Shown: positions 36,891 through 49,635 of the stretch, piece by piece
Layout: the number at the start of each line of letters is the position of its first letter
Numbering within the stretch: the stretch's first letter is position 1
Source: Mobula hypostoma
Taxonomy: Eukaryota
NCBI RefSeq assembly: GCF_963921235.1
Contig: NC_086108.1
Span: 109,246,001-109,310,000, forward strand
Length of the DNA stretch: 64,000 bases
Direction of reading: 5' to 3'
Program-made: the position numbers and the translations under genes
The notes under the pieces: generated by a model
Seen by the model: only the letters and a program-made list of their open reading frames with translations
Databases searched by the model: none
Told to the model about the DNA's origin: nothing

Positions 36891-39800
36891 GACATAAATC
36901 TCCTCCTTTTGCAGCCAGGTTTGGGACCGTCCAGAGTGGAGTTACATTTTCTCTTGGTGCTGGGAAGCCAGGCGACATTTGAGAGTGTACTGTATTTTTC
37001 TTTATAAGCAATAGCCATCCCTCCAAGGTGACCGCTTGCCCTGCCCTCTGCCTCAGGATGTGCCAGCCTTCTTCCTCTGGGTCCTCTTTTTCTGTAATGA
37101 ATGCACGCAGAATGTGACCTCCCTGCTCGCGTGTAATTTGTTTCTTCAGAGAGAAAAAAAAATTATGCGAGAGTATAATTTCTATCAATGTCAAAATGTT
37201 ATTATCCCTTCGAAGCAACCTTGTAACATGACTTAGTTGCAATTGGAAGATTAAAAATATCAGGCATGGCTTTAAATATCTTTACATTCTTCTCAAATTG
37301 CTGTGGAATGTATATTAATACTGCTGTATAAATTACAACCAATTCCCATTTAGCAATAACTACGTAAGATCTGCAAGCATCGGTCAGATATTTTAGAAGG
37401 TATTTTTGTGTAAGTTGGAGGAGTGACATTGACAGAACATAAGAACTGAAGAAACAGGATCAAAGAGTCGGCCGAATGAGGGTTGAGAACTTCAAATTCC
37501 GAGGAGTGTACAATCAGAATTAGGCTTATTACCAGTGACGTATAGAGTCACAGAGTCATAGAAAAGTACAGCACAGAAACAGGCCCTTTGGCCCATCCAG
37601 TCCATGCTGTAATATTTCAATTGCCTACTCCCATTGACCTGCACCAGGACCAAAGCCATCCATACCCCTAACATCCATGTAGGTTCTCAAACTTCTCTTA
37701 GACGTTGAAACTAGGCCCATATGCACCACACGAATGAAGAGGTTTCCCCTCATGTTCCCCTTAAACTTTTCACCTTTCACTTTTAACCTGTGATATCTAG
37801 TTGTAATCCCACCAAAACTCAGTGAGGAAAGCCTGCCGACACAATTTCTCTCTGCACAACTTAGTCCCTCGAGCCCTGACACTATCCCAGTAAATCTCCT
37901 TCATCTGAGCAACTAAAACGTTGAAGGTTCCCCTGGAAACTCTACAGCGAGTGAAGAAAGGCAAGTAGTTGAAAAGCAAAGTGCTGTTTGCCTAGGAGGA
38001 CACTGACCCAATCGATTCACTTAATCACTTTGATGAAAGAGTGCAGAGAAAGTTTACAAGGATGTTACCAGGGCATGATGACCTGAGTTAAGGAAAGGTG
38101 GAATAGGTTAAGACTTCATTCCTTAGAACATAAAAGAATGAGGGGAGATCTGTTAGAGTTATACAAAATTATGAGGGGTATAGATAGGGTAAATGTAAGC
38201 CTGCTTTTTCCACTGAGGTTAGGTGAGACGAGAATTAGAGGCCATAGGTTAAGGGTTAAAGGTGAAATATTTAAGGGGACCATGAGAAGAAACTTCTTCA
38301 CTCAGAGGGTGGTGAGAGAGTGGGACAAGCTGTCAGCCCTAAAGCTGGAAGCAGGTTCAGTTTCAACATTTAAAAGAAATTTTTATAGGTACATGAATAA
38401 GAGGGATATGAACGGCTGTGGTTCAGTTGCAGGTCTGTGGGACTAAGAAAATAGTTCAGCATAGACTAGTTGGGCCAAAATGTCTGTTTCTATGCTGTAC
38501 CTTTCTATGCCCCTTTAACTTTAAAGGAGTGTCCATTAAGCTTAAGAAAATAAATCACCTTGCAGCCTTTCCCATGAATGAATCAGAAAACTTTCTGCCA
38601 TTCCAGACACACTAATGTTTATTAAAAACTCTGAACCACGGAAGGAAACATCTCCCAAATGAGAGCTGTTTTTCATTGACCTGATTATCTGGGAAAATAT
38701 GTTGAGATTAACATATTACATAAATATGTATGAAAAGGCAGAGCGTATGCAAAGCAGAACAAGATTAGTAACAGATAAGGACAGATAAACCCAGGTTAAT
38801 CAATATTAAACATGCATTTAAATTAAAACTTTATAAAATGCATTATTGCTGATCTCTGCAATAGAAAAATCATTATCAATAATCAGACTAGTTCCAATGA
38901 GAGCATTTGCTATGGAGTTTTTCACTTCCATAGTGGCATCATGATTAGTGCAACGCCATCAGAGCTTGTGGCGTTCCGGAGTTTGGAGTTCAATTCTGGT
39001 GCTGTTATGTCTCCGTATGTCCTTCCAGTGGAATGCATGGGCTTTTTCTGGGTCCGCCAGATAGAGTCCAAAGACATACCAGATAGGTCATTGTAAAATG
39101 TCCTGTGGTTAGGTTAGGGTTAATTGGGTTTGTAAGGGGTTGCTGGGGCAGCGTGTCTCAAAGCACCAGAAGGGTCTAATCCACGCTGTATCGGTAAATA
39201 AATAAATATTGTTCATTTATTATTTGTATTTGCACAGTATTTCGTCTTTTGCGCACTGGCTGTTTGTTAGTCTTCATGTGTAGTTTTTCATTGATTCTGT
39301 TGTATCTCTTTATTCTATTGTGAATGCCTGCAAGTAAATTATTTTCATTGTAGAATATGGTGACATACACGTACTTTGATAATAAACTTACTTTGAAGCT
39401 TTCCTCTGAGAAGCGATCCCAGATATAAAACAATTTGTTAGCTACTTACGTCCTAAGCAACCGGAACTTTCTCCTTATACCTCTACATCTCTGCCTCTCT
39501 TCTTAAAAGCTTACCTCAGCCTGTGTGACAATTAATCCCTAAATGAAGCAAAGTGTTCCCTGTGAAATGATCTACAAGGCTCAACTGTGTTAAAGGCATC
39601 AGCATAAATTAGTGAGATCACTCAAGTCGAGGATGATGTTCTCCAAAGGGGTTAGTCCCTCAATGGAGAATGCCCGTGCGTGACTTTGCTTAACGTCGGA
39701 AAGCTGATGCAAGGGCAGCTGCCACATAGTCCTTGACAGATCAGAATCAAAATCAGGTTTAATATCATCGGCAATGTCATGAAATTTGTTCACTTTGTGG

Positions 39801-41352
39801 CAGCAGTACAATGTAATACATGGTAATAGAGAGGGGAAAACTGTGAATTACAGTTATATGTAAAGTAGTGCAAAAAAAAAGGAAATAAAATAGTGAGGTA
39901 GTGTTCATGGGTTCAATGTCCATTCAAAAATCGGATGGCCTAAGGGAAGAAGCTGTTCCTGAATCACTGAGTGTGTGCTTTCAGGTTTTTGTACCTCCTT
40001 CCTGACGGTAGCAATGAGAAGAGGGCATGTCCTGGGTGGCGAGGGTCCTTAATGATGGATGCCGCCTTTCTGAGGCACCGCTCCTTGAAGGTGTCCTGGA
40101 TAGTATAGAAGTTAGAGCCCATCATGAGGTCAGGGTCCAGTAACATGGAGTGAAAGATGACAGGGGATCCTACGCAACTGCAGCCTTCCATTTTCCCTCT
40201 CAGCCCCAATTTCCTGCCTTATCCCCATATTCCTTCATGCTCTGACCAGTCAAGAATCTAACAACCTCTGTCTCTGGCTTAAATATACATAAAGACTTGG
40301 CCTCTACAGCTGCCTGTGGCAAAGAATTCCACAGATTCACTGCTCTCTGGCTAAAGGAATTCCTCATCTCCATTCGAAGAGGATGCCCCTTTATTCTGAG
40401 GCCGTGTCCTCTGGTCTTAGACCCTCCCATCATAGGAAGCATCCTCTCTGCATCCACTATCTGTCTGAGAGGGCTTCCACCAATCGATAGGTTTCCTTGA
40501 GGTCACCCCTATTCTTCCGAATTCCAGTGAGTACAGGTCCAGAGCCATCAGATGCTCCGACCGCCTTCACGGCCTTGGCCCAACATCTTTATCAGTAGTA
40601 TTTTCCTTTTTGACCTAACAAAGTCATTTCATCCACTTGAGATCCCCAAGAAACCACTGATGCTGGAAGCTGGAGCAACAAACAATCTGCTGGAGGAAGT
40701 CAGTGGGTTAAGAAGCATCCTGGGGACTGAAATCAGCCCTCATACCGAGTTTTAAGCCAAAACATTGGCATACGCACATTGATGCACACAAGTGCTATTT
40801 CAAAGAAAGCATGGCTGTGCCTTTACTTTCTTAGAAGATTGCGAAGATCCAGAATGCCATCTAAAACTTTGACATACTTCTGTAGATGTACAGTGCAGAG
40901 TATTCTGACTGGTTGCATCACAGCCTGATACAGGAACACCAGTAGCGAAGGATGGAAAAGTGGGGGATACAGCCGAGTTCATTACATAAAAAGCCCTTCT
41001 CACACTGAGTACATCTACAAGGAACGCTGCCACAGGAAACTGGCATCCATCATCAGGGACCCCCACCATCCGGGCCAAGCTCTCGTCCCAATGCTGCAAT
41101 CAGGAAGGAGCTTCATGAGACATAGGTCCCACACCAGTAGGTTCAGGAACAGTTACTACCCTGATACCAGCGTGGGGAACTTCACTCTGAGTAAGTTCAA
41201 CACTGAACTTATCCACAAGTTATGGACTCACTTTGAAGAACTCTACAACTCATGTTCTCAGTAATACTTATTTATTTATAATAATATTATTATTATTATT
41301 ATTTGTTTCTTTTTATATTTGCACTTTGGTTGCTTGCAAGAGAATGAATCTC

Positions 41353-41767
41353 TAGGAAGAGGTACAGTCGACGTTTCAGGCCGAGACCCTTCGTCAGGAC
41401 TAACTGAAGGAAGAGCTAGTAAGAGATTTGAAAGTGGGAGGGGGAGGGGGAGATCCAAAATGATAGGAGAAGACAGGAGGGGGAGGGATGGAGCCAAGAG
41501 CTGGACAGGTGATTTGCAAAAGGGATATGAGAGGATCATGGGACCCATCCCTCCCCCTCCTGTCTTCTCCTATCATTTTGGATCTCTCCCTCCCCCTCCC
41601 ACTTTCAAATCTCTTACTAACTCTTCCTTCAGTTAGTCCTGACAAAGGGTCTCGGCCTGAAACCTCGACTGTACCTCTTCCTAGAGATGCTGCATGGCCT
41701 GCTGCATTCACCAGCAACTTTGATGTGCGTTGCTTGAAATTCCAGCATCTGCAGAATTCCTGTTGTT
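41353..41767 (+). mobile_element. Fold-back Penelope-like pLTR insertion with 10-bp TSD
   Basis: TSD aatgaatctc at 41343-41352 and 41768-41777; inverted arms ~41349-41491 and ~41545-41687. Confidence 0.9.
41366..41401 (-). ncRNA. Minimal hammerhead ribozyme (intact core)
   Basis: Minus strand agtcCTGACGAagggtctcggcctGAAAcGTCgact. Confidence 0.8.
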
Positions 41768-42924
41768 AATGAATCTCAGGGTAGTATTTGATGACATATC
41801 ATCGTCATCATCATTATCTGCTATATTGTATGATGTAGGTGATCGTGGTCTACGATCATCATTCTTCTTGGTAAATTTCTCTACAGGAGTGGCTTGCCAT
41901 TGCCTTCTTCTGGGCAGTGTCTTTACAGGACGGGTGACCCCACCCATTATCAATACTCTTCAGAGATTGTCTGCCTGGCATCAGTGTTCACATAACCAGG
42001 ATTTGTGCTATGCCCCAGCTGCTCATACGACCATCCATGGTTTCACATTGCCCAACGGTGACCTGCTGGCTAGTGATGGGAAGGAGTGCCCTACGCTCCC
42101 TTTGGTAGAGACGTAGCTCCACCCCGCCACCCAAGGTGACATATAGGTAGTTTGAAAGATATCTACTTTAAACTCTGTACTTAGATGTTGCTAGACCATT
42201 TGAGTTCCTCAAGCACCTTGTTTCTTTGTTCCATTCACTTGATCAGCTCAAGTATAACAAGATGCTGTTGTTACTAGATGACGATAATAAATGTAAGTAT
42301 GAGAAGACAATAAGGGCAGTTTGCAGTTACAGAGACAAAGATCACAATCAGGTCTATGTTACATATATGGTATATGTTGTGAAATTTATTGTTTTGCAGC
42401 AGCAATACACTGAAATATATAATAAAAAATATCTAAGACATATGACATAGGAGCAAAATTAGGCCATTTGGCCCATCAAGTCTGCTCCACTTTTTCATCA
42501 TGGCTGATCCATTTCCCTCTCAGCCCCAATCTATAAGACCATGAGATATAGGAGCAGAATACCTATCTACAATAAGGAATATGTATGAGAAAATTAAGTT
42601 TTGTGGAAGGAAACCCCACTGTTGTATACTTATTGCTGCCTCAATAAAGCAGGAAGCATAATTCCAACATTCTTTTGACCACTTTGCCATTAGATCTTGA
42701 CCTTATGGTAACATGGCTGTAGGGCCTTGGCATGAAACCTCGGCTCTTTATTCCTCTTCACAGATGCTGCTTGACCCACTGAGTTCAGCAGGCATTTTTT
42801 GTGTGTTAATATAGACAACCTTCTCCACTGCCATCTGTGGTGATGGTTGTCAATTGTGTCTGACGATGCCTGGGTGTGACATTGCACTGGAGCAGTTACA
42901 CTCTCTTGACCTCAGAAGTCCGGG

Positions 42925-43315
42925 TCTAAACAAGCGTCACAAACTGGGGTTGCAGTGGATGACCATGATACCTTCGGTGTCTTGTCATACCTTTCGCTCT
43001 CCACGGAGTGTTGCAGTACCGCTTTCCTGGTCGTTGGATCTCACTGTAGATCTCATCCACCCAGTCCGCTGGAGCTGGTTTTGCGTACCAGGCCAGGCGT
43101 GTCCCCATCTCACTGGGGTATGAGGTCCACCAGCCACCCTCACCTGGTTTAGCCCACCTGTCGAAGCGGTGTGGCCAGTGTCGCAAACGGCTACTTGGAG
43201 CCACAGGTGAGAGCTACGTGGCCAGTGTGGACCAAAGGTGAGTGAGCTGCCCCAGAATGGACATGACAAGCCCCTTCATCAGAAGCACTACTACTCCCAG
43301 GGTACCCATACATCC
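42925..43315 (-). mobile_element. RTE-type element, second copy of the 13776 family, with decayed HDV-like ribozyme
   Basis: Minus strand gctctcacctgtggctcc...ggccacacc...ggctaaaccaggtgaggg; ccgggcaacg missing. Confidence 0.7.
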
Positions 43316-43919
43316 ACAGACACTGCCATCTACATTACCTATTTTGATATTATCTGCAAACGTGCTGATCATCACACACACACACACACACACACACAGA
43401 CAGTTTAACAGCTCCACTGACCCATGTCTGGGTACAAACCGTAATCAGTGTATTTTGTACTGACAAGTGGAGATTTTGAACTTGAAATCCGGACAAATTC
43501 TATTGAATGCAATGCCAGTTTCAAGTGTTTACATGTCCTTCCATCCATAAAGCTCTTGGTTGAAGACTCTTGTGGTGAATGAAAACCTCAAGAGAGCTCA
43601 TTTGTGGAGAGTTGTCTCAGGTAAGGCCATATGAGAGAATGAACTCACTCACCACAGGGGAAAACAGTAAACATTAAAAAGTTAAATTGAAGCTTGAGAC
43701 ATTGATGGGGTGTTTATAGAACATAGAACACTACAGCACAGTCCAGTTTTTTTGGCTCAAGATGTTGTGCTGACTTTTTCACCTACTGTAAAATCAATCT
43801 AACCCTTTAATGCCACATAGCTCTCCATTTTTCTTTCATCCATGTACCTATCCAAGAGTTTCTTAAATGCCCCTGATTCATCTGTCTCTACTGGCATCTC
43901 TGGTATAAAAATCAACAAT

Positions 43920-45125
43920 GTACATAGAGTTGTAGAAAACTACAGCCACAGATACAGGCCCTTCAGCCCACCTAGTCCATGAAAAACCATTTAAACTGCC
44001 TACTCCCATCGACCTGCAGCCAGACCATAGTCCCTCATACTACTAACATCCATGTACTTATCCAAACTTCTTTTAAACGTTGACATCAGGCTGGCATGCA
44101 CCACTTGTGCTGACAGCTCATTCCACACTCTCACGACCCTCTGAATGAAGAAGTTTCCCCTCATGTTCACCTTAAACTTTTCACCTTTTACCCATAACCC
44201 ATGACCTCTAGTTGTAGTCCCACCCAACCTCAGCGGAAAAAGCCTGCTTGCATTTACCCTATCTATATCACTCATAACTTTGGATACCTCTATCAAATCA
44301 TATCTCAATCTTTTACGTTCCAAGGAATAAGGTTCTAACTTTTTCAATCTTTCCTTATAACTCAGGTCCTTCAATCCTTACAACATTCTTGTAAATTTTC
44401 TCTGTAGTCTTTCAACCTTATTTGCATCTTTCCTTTAGGTAGGTGACCAAAACTGCAAACAATACTCCAAATTAGGCCTCACCAATGTTTTATACAACTT
44501 CAACATAACATCCCATCTCCTGTACTCTAAACTTGGATTTATAAAGGCCAATGTGTCAAAAGCTTTATTTATGACCCTATCGACCTGTGACACCACTTTC
44601 AATGAATTATGGACCGATGTTCCCAGATCCCTTTATTCTACAGCACTCCTCAGTAATGTACAGTTAAGTGTGTAAGGCCTACCCTGGTTGGTTCTATTGA
44701 AGTGCAACACCTCACACTTGTCTGCATTAAACCCCATCTGCTATTTTACAGCCCATTTTTCCAGCTGATGCAGATCCTTCTGCAAGCCATGATAGCCTTC
44801 CTCACTGTCCACTACAGCCCTAATCATGGTGTCATCTTCAAATCTGCTGATCAAGATTGTTGATATAGAGGACAAACAACAATGGAACTACCACCGATCC
44901 CTACAGCACTCCACTGGTCGTAGGCCTCCAACCAGAGAGGCAACCATCTACTACCACTCTCAGACTTCTCCCACAAAGCCCATAACCTAATCCAATTTAC
45001 TACCCCATCTTGAATAACGGGCAACTGAACCTTCTTCACCGACCTCACCTATTGCCTTGTTAAAATTCATGCAGACAATATCTACTGCCTTGCCTTCATC
45101 AATTTTTCTGGCAACTTCCTCACAA
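43920..45125 (-). mobile_element. CR1 LINE ORF2 3' part plus 3'UTR
   Basis: ORF 44000-44374 has LSYKERLKKL and RGNFFIQRVVRVWNEL. Confidence 0.88.
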
Positions 45126-45727
45126 AATAGAAAACTTTATCAACTATTTCAAGATTATCAGCAACCATGAAGTTGAGCTGCAGCTCTTTGGAATTCTGGT
45201 TAGACCTCACTTGGCATATTGCGTTCAATTCTAGTCGCCTCATTGTAAGGATGTGGAAGCTTTAGATTGGGGGCAGAGGGGATGTACCAGGATGCTGCCT
45301 GGACTAGAGAGAATCTCTTTTCATGATCAGTTGAGTGAGCTGGGATTTTTATCTTTGAAGTGAAGGAGGATGAGAGGTGACATGGTGAAGATCTGCAATG
45401 GAAAGTCAAAATTGCCCAATGCTTGACTGGCATCAGACTCCTTGCCATCAAGGACATATATACAGAAAGGTGCCAAAGAAGAACCAGTAACATCACGAAG
45501 GATGTCTCTCCCCCCGCCCCCCAGCTCCACCCTGCACGTGGACTGTTTGTCCCACTCCCATCAGGGAAGAGGTTAACTAACCTCCACAGCTGGACCTGCA
45601 GACTCATAAACAGTTACTTTTCTCAAGCAGCAAGACTGATCAACAGCTCCACTACTATTTTATTGTTTCCCATCAGTCACCTCATGTACAGCCTGGAGTC
45701 ACTTTATGAACATACAGTCAATCTATG

Positions 45728-46329
45728 TGCAGGGTTCTCAGAAATGTTAACTGCTAAGGCTAATGAAATGGCTTCCCTGTAATGTTAACCGCTGATGTAA
45801 TAGTTTCTCTGTAGCAGCGATGTCTCGGTTATAACTACAGATAACGGATAGTTAACCAATGGGAGAGATGTTATTCTATCTTGTATATCTGGGAACCAAG
45901 TTCTTGACGGGTTTTCGGTCAGTGTGAGTGAGGAGGGAAAACAAGTGCGGGGAGGGCTCGGTGATCACTGGACGGAGTCTACAGGAACTCGAGAGTCCGG
46001 AGGTTGGTGGTGTTTCGGTGGAGGTCGCTTAAGGAGGAACACCGGGGAGGGGGGGGGCGTGAGCTCCAACGATTTCTGTGCACAAACTGTTAACTTTAAT
46101 AAGAGTGGCACCTTTGCCTTTTATATTTTGTTTCTCTACTAACCACACAACAAAATAGGAGTTATAAAGTGTAATCATTTAATCATTTATTGTGTATAGT
46201 CTGATATTTGCGTTGTGGGGTTGTATTGGGGTACATTACACGGCATCCACCCAAACTGGAATGCCCTATTTGACGGGGCCGAAAGCTGATTCCCCTAGAC
46301 GAATGTGCAGACAAGCCGAGTGGGCTACA
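45728..46329 (+). repeat. 5' LTR
   Basis: tgcagggttctcagaaatg...gagtgggctaca; direct repeat of 49049-49635. Confidence 0.92.
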
Positions 46330-46333
46330 TTTG

Positions 46334-46347
46334 TGGGGGCTCGTCCG
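46334..46347 (+). promoter_or_regulatory. Primer binding site, tRNA-Pro
   Basis: TGGGGGCTCGTCCG equals the first 14 nt of the canonical tRNA-Pro PBS TGGGGGCTCGTCCGGGAT. Confidence 0.85.
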
Positions 46348-46399
46348 TACTGGATTCAGTTGGATGCTGTGTGATCACCCTGTTTAAATTAGTGCTGTT

Positions 46400-46712
46400 A
46401 AGGATGCAGCTGGGTTCGAGCACTGGTGTATACCTGAAGGTCTACTAGTAATTAATGCGTGCGTGTTGGGTGGAGTAGAGATTGGTACCCTGGATGAAGT
46501 GTTAATTCGACAGTTGACAATTGTTAATTCGGCAAGGTGGAAGCTGTATCGCGAAAGTTTGATAAAGCAGCGTGCTCAGACCTGGTGTTAGTGCAGACTA
46601 ACATGGACATAATGGCAGTGAAACTGCCAGAGTTTATTGGTGACCCAGGGGAGATGGGACCATGGCGGGTTCAAACTGTCAGCGGGGGGGGAACTGGAGC
46701 TCAGCAAGCTGA
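46400..46712 (+). pseudogene. gag N-terminal remnant (PNMA-like)
   Basis: RKFDK...LVLVQT..D...KLPEFIG.PGEMGPWRV resembles the PNMA/MOAP1-type Gypsy gag N-terminus. Confidence 0.5.
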
Positions 46713-48400
46713 GTTGCCAGCCGAGAGGGTTTAGGGGGTGTCCTGTATCAGGATCAGGGCACTGGGTTGAGATCTATGGCGTTTGTCAGCCGGAGTTTGT
46801 CGCCCTCCGAGAGAAACTATCCCACCCACAATTTGGAATTTCTGGCGTTGAAATGGGCGGTGGTGGATAAAATGAGTGGCTACCTCTACGGGGCCAAGTT
46901 TGAGGTGAGGACGGACAACAACCCGCTCACTTACATCCTGACCTCGGTGAAACTGGATGCCACAGGCCATCGGTGGTTGGCAGCATCGTCTGCCTGTGAT
47001 GTCAGCCTGAAGTACCGGCCGGGGAGCTGGAACGTCAATGCAGATGCTTTGTCCCGATGGATGCATGAGGGACTGGACAGGACGAGGAGTGGGAGAGCGT
47101 TCCTGCCCCTGGGGTGAAGGCCATGTGTCAATTTGCTATTACAGTGAAGGCCGAGGAAAAGGAGAGAACTGATCGAGCAGTGGATCAATTGGGGGCTTCT
47201 GTTGATGCCCCACCCCCAGTTTACTGTGACCTGACTGCTCTGAAGACCAAACAGCTGCCGGAATTGAGTTCTGGGGAAGTGGCAGCTGCTCAGCGAGATG
47301 ACCCAGGCATTGGCACTATTTGGCATGCGGTTGAAAAGGGAGATATGGTGAGGGTGGAGAAGACGAAACACATTTTGGTGCCTCCATTACTGAGGGAATG
47401 GCCTCGGTTGAAGTTGAAGAACCAAGTTTTATACTGGGTCAGGTCACCCCTGGACCGACCTCAGAATTGGCAGCTGGTCCTGCCGGAGAAGTATTGGAGG
47501 ATTGCGTTGAAGTCACTTCATGATGATTCTGGACATTTCACCTATGGATTGCTGAAAGACTGGTTTTACTGGCCCGAGTGAAGTCGGAGGTTGAAGAGTA
47601 TTGTAAGTCGTACATTCGCTGCATACGCTGGAAGACACTGCCTGCGCGGGCAGCTCCTTTGTCACACTTGCAGAGTGCAGGGCCCCTGGATCTGGTGTGT
47701 ATGGACTTCCCGTCCATAGAACCCAATGCCAGCAACACGGCGAATGTCTTAGTCATCACGGACCACTACACCAGATATGCTCAGGCTTTTCCTACCAAGG
47801 ACCAGAGGGTGACTATGGTGGCAAAAGCATTATGGGAGAAGTATTTCATTTATTATGGCCTTCCCAGGTGGATACATAGTGATCAGGGACAGGACTTCGA
47901 GAGTAGACTCATCTATGAGTTACTGGGCGCACTTGGAGTTGAGAAATCGAGGACCATGCCCTATCACTCGCAGGGTGATCCGCACCCTGAGAGGTTTAAT
48001 CGGACCTTGCTAGACATGCTCGGGACCCTGAAGATCAGCAAGAAGAGCAGGTGGAGTCAACATATTGGGCATCTGGTTCACTGTTACAACTGTACATGCA
48101 ATGCAGCTACCGGGTCCTCGCCATATTATCTGATGTTTGGGCGCGAGGCGAGGTTGCCCATTGACTTCTGTTTCGAGACTGACACGGGTGACGCACAGCC
48201 AAAGCATTATCTGAAGTATGTATCTGATCTGAGGAGAGAGCTGAAAAGGGCTTACGAATTGGCTGAGATGGCAGCTGCCAAGTAGAATCGGGGAAATAAG
48301 AGGAGGTATGATCAGAAAGTGATCATAAGTAATTTGGGACTACCTGGAAAGCACAAGTTGGCTGACCGCTGGGTAGCCACACCCTATCCTCCATTGGAAC
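46713..48400 (+). pseudogene. pol remnant: RNase H plus integrase (frameshifted)
   Basis: ASREGLGGVLYQ, SRSLSPSERNY..LEFLALKWAV, TDNNPL, NADALSR; HDDSGH/CIRC zinc finger; LVCMDF, IHSDQG, ERFNRTL. Confidence 0.92.
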
Positions 48401-49032
48401 CACCTGTTGCCCCTGGGACAAGAGGTGCAGGTAGACCGCGAGCCCGACCTGGAGCCTACACCTAGTACGAGAATTCTGTGGAAACGCAGGGTGACTGAAG
48501 AACCCACAGCGGAAGAGGCTGGGCTGGGCCCTGCCCCAGAGAGGGATACTGGTTGGAAGGATGATGATTCGGATGTGTGGTAAATGCTGCCTTTTGCTAA
48601 CTCCCCCGTGATTGAGGAAGAGACTCCTGGCCTTTCTCCCACTGAGTCAGGTGAGATGAGGGGGGCTATTGGTGAGCAGCCTGGGGCACAGCAGGACTCT
48701 GAAGAAGAGGAGGTGGGGTCTGAACACGAGACAGGGTGCCCCGAGTTGCAGGGGGTTTCGAGTGATAGATCGCTGGAGGTTTCACCAGGCAGACCCGAAT
48801 AACCCCAGTAGTGTCTGAGTCGGAAGAGATGGGGAGGAGGTGCGGAGGTCTCAGAGAATTAGGAACTCCCCCACCCCCCGAATAGGTTGGCCTATGTAGC
48901 ACCTGGGGAACAGGCCGTGATCTCTACTGTTCTGGGAAGCTATGTCACTGCTTTCTGCACTTGGATTGAGCTTTGTGTTTTGCAGGAAGGGTTGGCGAAT
49001 TATCTTAACATCATGAAAGCGTGACTAAGTTC

Positions 49033-49048
49033 GGTGGGGAGCGGATAA
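49033..49048 (+). promoter_or_regulatory. Polypurine tract
   Basis: ggtggggagcggataa immediately before the 3' LTR. Confidence 0.65.
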
Positions 49049-49635
49049 TGTAGGGTCCTCAGTAATGTTAACTGCTAAGGCTAATGAAATGGCTTCCCTG
49101 TAACGTTAACTGCTGATGTAATATTTTCTCTGTAGCAGCGATGTTTGGGTTATAACTACAGATAACAGATAGCTAACCAATGTTAGAGATGTTATTCTAT
49201 CTTGTATGTCTGGGAACTGAGTTCTTGGCGGGTTTTCGGTCGGTACAAGTGAGGAGGAAGAACGAGTGATCACCGGACGGAGTCTACAGGAATTCGAGGG
49301 TCCAGAGGTTGGCGACGTTTCGGCGAAGGTCGTTTAAGGAGGAACACCGGGGCGGGGGGGAGCGTGAGCTCCAACGATTTTTGTGCACGAACTGTTAACT
49401 TTACTAAGAGTGACGCCTTTGTCTTTTTATATTTTGTTTCTCTACTAAGCACACTACAAAATAAGATTTATAAAGTGTAATCATTTAATCGTTTATTGTA
49501 TATAGTCTGATATTTGCGTTGTGGGGTTGTACTGGGGTACATTACACAGCATCCACCCAAACTGGAATGCCCTATTTGGCGGGGCCGAAAGCTGATTCCC
49601 CTAGATGAACGTGCGGGCAGTCCTAGTGGGCTACA
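49049..49635 (+). repeat. 3' LTR
   Basis: tgtagggtcctcagtaatg...agtgggctaca. Confidence 0.92.

Larger units (their letters stand above)
45728..49635 (+). mobile_element. Gypsy/Ty3 LTR retrotransposon, internally deleted
   Basis: Paired LTRs, PBS, PPT, RNase H followed by integrase; flanks tatg/tatc; nested in a Rex1 3' end. Confidence 0.93.
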
